Below are positions 36,234-42,314 of a stretch of DNA of 42,314 nucleotides, one piece after another. The notes beneath the pieces are model-generated. The model was given only the letters and a program-made list of their open reading frames with translations, ran no database searches and was not told where the DNA came from. The stretch spans positions 1-42,314 of the forward strand of contig JBILUV010000002.1 of assembly GCA_044370825.1 (NCBI GenBank), written 5' to 3'. The translations under genes and the position numbers were made by a program. Source of the stretch: Burkholderiales bacterium. GTDB taxonomy: Bacteria; Pseudomonadota; Gammaproteobacteria; Burkholderiales; Ga0077523. The number at the start of each line of letters is the position of its first letter. Within the stretch, counting starts at the first letter, position 1.

Positions 36234-37673
36234 TCACCGCAACGGTGACGAGGCCTGGCTTTCGGTCGCGGTGGCCGCGAGGCGCGACAGGTTGATCCGC
36301 GCCTTGACGTAGTCGGGGTCCAGCGCGAGTGCCCGCAGGTAGGCCTCACGGGCGCCGGCCTTGTTGCCTGCGATCTCGCGGGCGTAACCGAGGTTGTTCC
36401 ATACCCGCGGCTTGCGGGGTGACGCCTCCGCCGTGGCCTGCCACAGGCTGACTTCGGAGGTGTAGTCGCGGTTTCGCAGCATCGTGGCCAAGGCCAGGAC
36501 GGCGATGATGCCGACGGCCAGCGCGAGCGCCAGCCGCCGTCTCGTCAGTCCGGAGAGCAGCACACCCAGGATCCATGCGGGTCCGGTCAGTGCGAGGTAG
36601 AGCTGGCGATCGTTGGCCACGTCGAGTCGGGGCAGCACGGAATTGGTGGCGGCAAGTTGCACGAAGTACCAGGCGATGCCGAGTCCGAGCCAGGGCCGCC
36701 GGCGCCATTGCCACGCGGCGAGCGTCATCAGCCCCAGCAGGACGGCAGCCGGGGGCCACAGCTCCGCCGTCCACCGGGTACGCGCCGGCAGATCGGGATC
36801 CAGGTTTGTATGCAACAGCAGCAGGGGTCTGGTCAGGAGGTGGAACTGTCCCTCGACCTGGGTGATGAGGTTCTCCAGTGCTGTGCGGGTCTCGAGGCTG
36901 ATGCGCAGCAGCGTCCTGTAACCGGGCAGGGCGAGGGCGGCCAGCAGCAGCCCCAGCAGGACCAGGAAATAGGGCGCCGCCGAGCGCCAGGCCCGTCCAG
37001 GTGCCATACCAGGTCGGGCGAGTTCCACTGCCAGCACGGTGAACGGAAGCGTCCAGGCATTCTCCTTCGCTCCAAAGGCGCAGACGAAACAGGCGAGCGC
37101 TGCCACGGTCCAGCGCCGCGGGTGGTTGCCGCGCTCACCCAGCAGATGCGCCAACAGGGCGAGCAGGAGGAACAGGGACATCAGGGCGCCCGACCGTCCG
37201 GCGATGTAGGTCACCGATTCCGTCTGGGCCGGGTGAAGCGCGAACACCGCTGCAGCGAACCACGCCGCGGCCCGGACACGAGCGGGCGGAGCGCCGGTGG
37301 CGACGAGGACGCGTGCGACCACGGCGAGCACAAGCAGGGCGTTGACAGCGTGCAGGGCGATGTTGAAGACGCGGAAGCCCGCGGGCCCAGCCTGCAGGGA
37401 CCAGCAGGCTACATAGGTCGCCTTCAGCAGCGGCCTGATGCCCGGCATGCGCGCCCACCACGCGCCCCAGGAGTGCACACCAGGGTTGTCGACGATCACG
37501 TTCCAGTCATCGAACTGGAAACTGGCACCGAGCGATCCACCGTAGACCATCGCCACCAGCAGGCAGAGCCATGCCGCGTCCGTGGTGGTGATGCTGGCCG
37601 GTTGCCGCATCGCCGGTTGGTGGATCACCGCCTGCGATCCATGCGGAAGGGGTTCCGCCGAGGTGCTGAGCAC
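36234..37673 (-). CDS. Polytopic membrane protein with a C-terminal TPR segment (TMTC/PMT-like GT-C fold candidate)
   Basis: About 10 hydrophobic helices. An acidic motif after TM1 (SLGASFQFDDWNVIVDNPGV). C-terminal TPR-like VWNNLGYAREIAGNKAGAREAYLRALALDPDYVKARINL. MRQPAS (21 codons in) is an alternative start. Confidence 0.6.
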   Translation of the reverse strand: MLSTSAEPLPHGSQAVIHQPAMRQPASITTTDAAWLCLLVAMVYGGSLGASFQFDDWNVIVDNPGVHSWGAWWARMPGIRPLLKATYVACWSLQAGPAGFRVFNIALHAVNALLVLAVVARVLVATGAPPARVRAAAWFAAAVFALHPAQTESVTYIAGRSGALMSLFLLLALLAHLLGERGNHPRRWTVAALACFVCAFGAKENAWTLPFTVLAVELARPGMAPGRAWRSAAPYFLVLLGLLLAALALPGYRTLLRISLETRTALENLITQVEGQFHLLTRPLLLLHTNLDPDLPARTRWTAELWPPAAVLLGLMTLAAWQWRRRPWLGLGIAWYFVQLAATNSVLPRLDVANDRQLYLALTGPAWILGVLLSGLTRRRLALALAVGIIAVLALATMLRNRDYTSEVSLWQATAEASPRKPRVWNNLGYAREIAGNKAGAREAYLRALALDPDYVKARINLSRLAATATESQASSPLR

Positions 37674-37709
37674 GCCGCTCGTCGGGCCGGTTCCTGCCGG
37701 CCGGTGTCC

Positions 37710-38594
37710 TCAGCCACGCGCGCGCCCTTCGCGCCAGTTGCGCCACAGCCCCTCGGCGCTGAACAGCAGCAGGCCGGCCCAGATCGCTGCGTAGCCCGCG
37801 AACTTCACCGGCGGGAAGGGCTCACCGAACAGGAACACAGCCAGCAACAACTGGATGCTGGGTCCGAGGTACTGGATCAGGCCAAGGGTCGACAACGGGA
37901 TGCGTCTTGCCGCGGCCGCGAACAACAGCAGCGGCAGTGCTGTCACGGGCCCGCTGGCGGCGATGAGGCATTGCATCCCGGGGCCTGTGGTCCGGAAGAC
38001 ATCGCTGCCCTGCTGGCCGAGCCAGAGCAGGTAGACGAGCGCCAAGGGCAGCATGATCGCGGTTTCGAGTGCCAGCCCCTCGAAGGCGCCCGGCACAGCC
38101 GTCTTGCGCAGCAGACCATACAGTCCGAAGGTCGCCGCCAGAGCCAGGCCGATCCAGGGAGGCGCGCCCGCGCTCAGCGTGAGCCAGAGCACGCCCAGGC
38201 CGGCGCAGCCGACCGAGATCCACTGCGCCGGTCGCAGCCGTTCCTTGAGGTAGGCGGCGCCAAGGAGCACGTTGACCAGCGGGGTCATGAAATAGCCCAG
38301 GCTCGCGTCGACGATCCTGCCGGCCGAGACAGACCAGATGTAGAGCCCCCAGTTTACGAACACCAGCACTGCGGTCAGCGAGAAGATGGCGAGCACCCGC
38401 CGATCCCCCGCCACCGGACCAAGCCAACGCCAGCCCAGACGCAGAGATACCAGCGCGAACACGAACACGAAGGACCAGACGACCCGCTGGGCCAGCAGTT
38501 CGCCCGCTGGCACCGAGGCCACCGCCCGGAAGTAGAGTGGGAACAGCCCCCAGAGCAGGTAGGCGCCGATGGCGTAGAGGATGCCGATGCGCAC
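37710..38594 (-). CDS. rarD: EamA/RarD-family (DMT superfamily) transporter
   Basis: ORF 37710..38753(-). GILYAIGAYLLWGLFPLYFRAV is the RarD N-terminal signature, and the protein has 10 TM-like segments. The GTG at 38594 is the only start downstream of the phzF-like stop; the start is uncertain. Confidence 0.75.
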   Translation of the reverse strand: MRIGILYAIGAYLLWGLFPLYFRAVASVPAGELLAQRVVWSFVFVFALVSLRLGWRWLGPVAGDRRVLAIFSLTAVLVFVNWGLYIWSVSAGRIVDASLGYFMTPLVNVLLGAAYLKERLRPAQWISVGCAGLGVLWLTLSAGAPPWIGLALAATFGLYGLLRKTAVPGAFEGLALETAIMLPLALVYLLWLGQQGSDVFRTTGPGMQCLIAASGPVTALPLLLFAAAARRIPLSTLGLIQYLGPSIQLLLAVFLFGEPFPPVKFAGYAAIWAGLLLFSAEGLWRNWREGRARG

Positions 38595-38646
38595 GAGGGT
38601 GGACGGGTCGCCGGGCAGGCCCGTCAGCAGCGGCAGGAAAGCCGGG

Positions 38647-39528
38647 TCACAGCGGCAGGTGCAGCGAACCCGCGCCGAGCAGCACCACCCGGCCGCTGAC
38701 CCGGATCCGCCCTGTGGCGGTGACCTCCAGACCGAGCCGGCATGCCCTGCCAAGATGATCGCCCTGATGCACCATCCGCGTCAGCGGCAGCGGATGCCGT
38801 CGGGACAGCCACCAGCCCCCGAGATTGGCGCAGGCCGAGCCAGTGCCGGGGTCCTCGGCGATCACCGCGCTCTGCTTCTCGAAGAAAAAGCGCATCGGCA
38901 TCTCCGGGCCCCCGGTATCCAAGAAGCAGCACAGTTTGACCATGCCACGGTCGTTGGCCCAGCGGGATGCCAGCGTCGGCACAGGGGCGACCCGCGCCAG
39001 CGCCGCCTCGCTGGTCAGCGGTATGAGCAATTGCTCGTTGCCTGTGCTGACCCAGCGCGCACCTTCGGCAAGATCCCCAGTGGACAGCCCGAGCATGGCG
39101 GCAAGCGCTTCCGGCGGAGCGTCGGTCTCCCGCCAGACCGGGGCATTGGCCGTCAGGGTGCAGCACTCGCCGTCGACTTCGACCGGGATGATCCCGGCGG
39201 CCATCTCCAGCGAGATGCCGCGACCCCTTCCGACACCCATGTCGCTGAGTACCGCGGCCGTGCCCAGCGTCGGGTGACCGGCGAAAGGCATTTCACCGGA
39301 AGGCGCGAAGATGCGAACCCGGGCGTCAGCCTGCCGGGACGGTTCCACGAACGTGGTCTCGGATAGGTTGAACTGCAGGGCGAGCGCCTGCATTGTCCGG
39401 TCATCCAGGCCGATGCCGTCCTCGAAGACGCATAGCGGATTGCCGGAAAGCGCGTCCGCAGTCGCGAACACGTTCACCAGCCGATAACGCAGTTCACGCA
39501 CCGCCGAGTGCCTCCAGGAGGCGGTCAT
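38647..39528 (-). CDS. PhzF-family isomerase-like protein
   Basis: YRLVNVFATADALSGNPLCVFEDG...QFNLSETTFV...FAGHPTLGTA match the PhzF/YddE family. The start is 39528 or the GTG at 39501; both overlap the mpl 3' end. Confidence 0.8.
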   Translation of the reverse strand: MTASWRHSAVRELRYRLVNVFATADALSGNPLCVFEDGIGLDDRTMQALALQFNLSETTFVEPSRQADARVRIFAPSGEMPFAGHPTLGTAAVLSDMGVGRGRGISLEMAAGIIPVEVDGECCTLTANAPVWRETDAPPEALAAMLGLSTGDLAEGARWVSTGNEQLLIPLTSEAALARVAPVPTLASRWANDRGMVKLCCFLDTGGPEMPMRFFFEKQSAVIAEDPGTGSACANLGGWWLSRRHPLPLTRMVHQGDHLGRACRLGLEVTATGRIRVSGRVVLLGAGSLHLPL

Positions 39529-40840
39529 GGATGCCGCCGAAACCGCCGTTGCTCATGACCAGGATCTGGTCGCCCTGGCGTGCTTCCGCGGCGATCGCCT
39601 GCACCAGAGCGGAGATGTCGTCGTCAGTGCTCGCCTTGCCGCCCAGAGAGGCCAGAGCCTCGGCGGCGTCCCAGCCGAGGCCCGAGGTGTAACAGAACAC
39701 CCGGTCCGCGGCCTGCAGACTTCCGGGTAACTGCGCTTTCATGACGCCGAGCTTCATGGTGTTCGAGCGTGGCTCCAGAACCGCGAGGATGCGTGCCGAC
39801 GGGAACCTGCGGCGCAGCCCCTCCAGGGTGGTGGCGATGGCGGTCGGGTGATGCGCGAAGTCGTCGTAGACGCTGACGCCGCGGACGGTGCCGCGCAGCT
39901 CCATGCGCCGGCGCACATTGCGGAACCGCGACAGGGCATCCGCGCCGTGGGGCACTGGGACGCCGGCGTGGCGGGCTGCGGCGATGGCCGCCAGGGCGTT
40001 GGCGCGATTGTGTTCGCCCAGCAGGTTCCACGCGACTCGTGCCTCGCGCCGCCCGCCCAGCATGACGTCGAACCCGTGTCCGTCGTCAGGCCCGGCGTGC
40101 CAGCCAGTCCCGGTCCCGAATCGCTCCACCGGGGTCCAGCAGCCCCTTGCCAGAACGCGGTCCAGGGCGACCTCGCGGCCGTTGGCGACGATCAGCCCGT
40201 TGCCCGGGATGGTGCGTACCAGGTGATGGAACTGGGTCTCGATGGCCGCCAGATCCGGAAAGATGTCGGCGTGGTCGAATTCGAGGTTGTTCAGGATCGC
40301 CGTCCGCGGCCGGTAGTGGACGAATTTCGAACGCTTGTCGAAGAAAGCCGTGTCGTACTCGTCGGCCTCGATCACGAAGAAGGGCGAATCGGTGAGACGG
40401 GCCGAGATGCCGAAATTCATGGGTACGCCACCGATGAGGAAGCCCGGCGCCAGGCCGGCGTCCTCGAGTATCCAGGCGAGCATGGAGCTGGTCGTGGTCT
40501 TGCCGTGGGTGCCCGCCACCGCCAGCACCCACCGGTCGCGCAACACGTTCTCGGCGAGCCACCGGGGTCCGGAGACGTAGGGCAGACCGCGGTCCAGAAT
40601 GGCTTCCATCAGCGGGTTGCCGCGCGACACAACGTTACCCACGACGAAAAGGTCCGGCGCGAAATCGACCTGTGAAGGATCCCAGCCTTCGACGAGCCGG
40701 ATGCCCTGCGATTCCAGCTGCGTGCTCATCGGCGGGTAGACGTTGGCGTCGCAGCCGGTCACCGTGTGGCCTGCCTGTCGGGCGATCACGGCGATGCCGC
40801 CCATGAAGGTGCCGCAGATGCCGAGAATGTGGATGTGCAT
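39494..40840 (-). CDS. mpl: UDP-N-acetylmuramate:L-alanyl-gamma-D-glutamyl-meso-diaminopimelate ligase (murein peptide ligase)
   Basis: ORF 39494..41071(-). The conserved N-terminus MHIHILGICGTFMGGIAVIARQAGHTVTGCDANVYPPMS starts at the internal ATG (CAT 40838-40840). Mur ligase P-loop GTHGKTTT. Confidence 0.9.
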   Translation of the reverse strand: MHIHILGICGTFMGGIAVIARQAGHTVTGCDANVYPPMSTQLESQGIRLVEGWDPSQVDFAPDLFVVGNVVSRGNPLMEAILDRGLPYVSGPRWLAENVLRDRWVLAVAGTHGKTTTSSMLAWILEDAGLAPGFLIGGVPMNFGISARLTDSPFFVIEADEYDTAFFDKRSKFVHYRPRTAILNNLEFDHADIFPDLAAIETQFHHLVRTIPGNGLIVANGREVALDRVLARGCWTPVERFGTGTGWHAGPDDGHGFDVMLGGRREARVAWNLLGEHNRANALAAIAAARHAGVPVPHGADALSRFRNVRRRMELRGTVRGVSVYDDFAHHPTAIATTLEGLRRRFPSARILAVLEPRSNTMKLGVMKAQLPGSLQAADRVFCYTSGLGWDAAEALASLGGKASTDDDISALVQAIAAEARQGDQILVMSNGGFGGIHDRLLEALGGA

Positions 40841-41000
40841 GAAGCGGGTCCGAACACGAGGAGGCGGCAGTGTACCGGGCGCATCACCGGCCTGCACACC
40901 GACACCCGCCGGTGCCGCGTCGGCGGCTGATGCGGCCCGGTGCTTGATAACATGCGGCCCACAGGCCGGTTCGCCGGCCGCCAACCCGAGCAGGAGCGCG

Positions 41001-41894
41001 ATGATGACCCTCACCATCCGACCCATCGATCCCGGGCGGGATCCTTCCTTCGTCGGCGAGGTTGTCGGCATCGACCTGCGATCGCCACTCTCGGCGGCGG
41101 GAGTCGAGGCGATACACGCAGGGATGGATCGCTACGCCGTGCTGGTGTTTCGCGACCAGCCAATCGACGATGCGCAGCAGCTCGCGTTCAGCCGCCAGCT
41201 CGGTCCCCTGGAGCAGGCCACAGGCGACATCATGGACCCCAAGGACAGACGCCTGTCCATGGATCTCAATGACATCTCCAACCTCGACAGGAACGGTGGC
41301 GTGCTGGCGCGCGACGACCGGCGGCGCCTGTTCTCGCTGGGCAATCAGCTGTGGCACTCGGACAGTTCGTTCAAGGCGGTGCCGGCCATGTACTCGTTGC
41401 TGTCCGCGCGAGTCATTCCATCAGCAGGGGGAAACACCGAGTTCGCCGACATGCGCGCCGCCTACGACGCGCTGGACGAGGCGACGACGCGGGAAGTGAA
41501 CGATCTGATCTGCACCCACAGCCAGATCTATTCGCGCGGGCTGCTGGGGTTCGACGATTTCACCGAGGCCGACCGGCTGAAGTGGGCGCCCGTTCGCCAG
41601 CGCCTGGTGCGGCGACACCCCGTGACCAGCCGTCTGTCGCTGTACCTGTCGAGCCACGCCGGCACCATTGAAGGCTGGCCGGTCCCCGAGGCGCGGGCTT
41701 TCCTGCGTGACCTGACCGAACACGCCACCCAGCGCCAGTTCGTCCACGCCCACGTCTGGCGGCCCCACGATCTGGTCATGTGGGACAACCGCGTCACCAT
41801 GCACCGGGCGAGGCGCTACCCCTCGGCCGAGGCGCGGGACCTGCGCCGCACGACGCTCAGCAACGCAGTCTCCAGCCTCGAGCAGGCTCCCTGA
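41001..41894 (+). CDS. TauD/TfdA-family Fe(II)/2-oxoglutarate-dependent dioxygenase
   Basis: ORF 40743..41894. The ATG at 41001 gives MMTLTIRPIDPGRDPSFVGEVVGIDL. HxD iron motif in LWHSDSSF, distal His in RVTMHRA. The overall layout is TfdA-like. Confidence 0.8.
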   Translation: MMTLTIRPIDPGRDPSFVGEVVGIDLRSPLSAAGVEAIHAGMDRYAVLVFRDQPIDDAQQLAFSRQLGPLEQATGDIMDPKDRRLSMDLNDISNLDRNGGVLARDDRRRLFSLGNQLWHSDSSFKAVPAMYSLLSARVIPSAGGNTEFADMRAAYDALDEATTREVNDLICTHSQIYSRGLLGFDDFTEADRLKWAPVRQRLVRRHPVTSRLSLYLSSHAGTIEGWPVPEARAFLRDLTEHATQRQFVHAHVWRPHDLVMWDNRVTMHRARRYPSAEARDLRRTTLSNAVSSLEQAP

Positions 41895-41903
41895 GCGAGG
41901 CCA

Positions 41904-41922
41904 GCCCGCGGACCGCGCGGGC
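41904..41922. terminator. GC hairpin between convergent genes (weak terminator candidate)
   Basis: GCCCGCG (41904-41910) pairs with CGCGGGC (41916-41922) across a 5-nt loop. No U-tract. Confidence 0.3.
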
Positions 41923-41934
41923 CTGAGCGGGCCG

Positions 41935-42314
41935 TCAGATCACGAACTCGATGAGCCTGGGGCCACGAACCCGGCAGGCGGAGCCGAAGGCGTCCGCAAA
42001 ACCCTCGAGCGAGTCGACGCGGGTCGCCTCCACGCCCATGCCCTCGGCCAGCCTGACCCAGTCGATGTCCGGCCGGGACAGGTCGAACAACTCGCCCGAG
42101 GCGGGCCCAGGCTGTGCCCCGACGGCCAGCAGTTCACCGTGCAGGATGCGATAGGCGCGGTTGGCAAACACCACGTTGACGATGTCCAGCCGCTCCCGCG
42201 CCTGCGTCCACAGGGCCTGCAGGCTGTACATGCCGGCGCCGTCCGCCTGGAGGCAGACCACCTTGCGGTCGGGGGCTGCGATGGCGGCACCGGTGGCACA
42301 GGGAAATCCGTGGC
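41935..42314 (-). CDS. Thiamine-pyrophosphate-dependent enzyme (acetolactate-synthase-like), C-terminal part only; N-terminus lies beyond the window
   Basis: The minus-strand frame stays open to the window edge: ...GFPCATGAAIAAPDRKVVCLQADGAGMYSLQALWTQARERLDIVNVVFANRAY. This is the TPP-binding G-D-G-x24-27-N-N-type motif region. The stop is at 41935. Confidence 0.75.
   Translation of the reverse strand, partial: HGFPCATGAAIAAPDRKVVCLQADGAGMYSLQALWTQARERLDIVNVVFANRAYRILHGELLAVGAQPGPASGELFDLSRPDIDWVRLAEGMGVEATRVDSLEGFADAFGSACRVRGPRLIEFVI

Noticed and set aside
36657-38699. 680-aa + strand ORF across the TPR membrane protein and rarD
   Set aside because: It is antisense to two membrane-protein genes whose hydrophobic helix patterns are clear on the minus strand. 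Its composition is highly charged, Arg/Gln/Glu/Gly-rich noise.
38647-39528. PhzF-family gene as evidence for a phenazine biosynthesis cluster
   Set aside because: No other phz genes (phzA-G, phzM/S) are nearby. PhzF-like isomerases are widespread outside phenazine producers, and this one sits in an mpl-phzF-rarD housekeeping-type string.

Overview
High-GC (roughly two-thirds G+C by eye) chromosomal segment. Its synteny looks betaproteobacterial (Rhodocyclales/Burkholderiales-like), though I cannot prove the organism. Most of the window is tightly packed core housekeeping. On the minus strand sit metF (partial) and ahcY behind a clear SAH riboswitch, followed by metK. On the plus strand there is a DEAD-box helicase, two lipid A late acyltransferases, and a translationally coupled chain: CoA-binding protein, GNAT, dapF, DUF484, xerC. 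A compact aerobic benzoyl-CoA (box) module is appended to that chain: boxR, a promoter with two TGCA-N6-TGCA operators, then boxC, boxB and boxA. Next come an RlmI-like methyltransferase, a histidine phosphatase, a TonB-dependent receptor, an internally duplicated STAS-like protein directly upstream of hslV/hslU, an alpha-glucan phosphorylase and an orphan TagH-like FHA protein. A minus-strand block follows (lgt, mtgA, aroE, TonB-like protein, RNase II-family enzyme, YqiA-like esterase). After it come a Tat-signal formamidase-like and nitroreductase-like pair, a TMTC/PMT-like TPR membrane protein, rarD, phzF-like, mpl, a TfdA/TauD dioxygenase and a partial TPP enzyme. I found no tRNA or rRNA genes, CRISPR arrays, transposases or phage genes. 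I also found no convincing new multi-gene system. The leads most worth a second look are: the double-STAS protein 16 nt upstream of hslVU and the 306-nt hslV-hslU spacer; the terminator-like leader and candidate operators in front of the Tat formamidase/nitroreductase pair; the orphan FHA protein; and the way the box module is wired onto xerC. The many long ORFs antisense to real genes are high-GC shadow ORFs. All family assignments come from reading motifs in the supplied translations, not from database searches.
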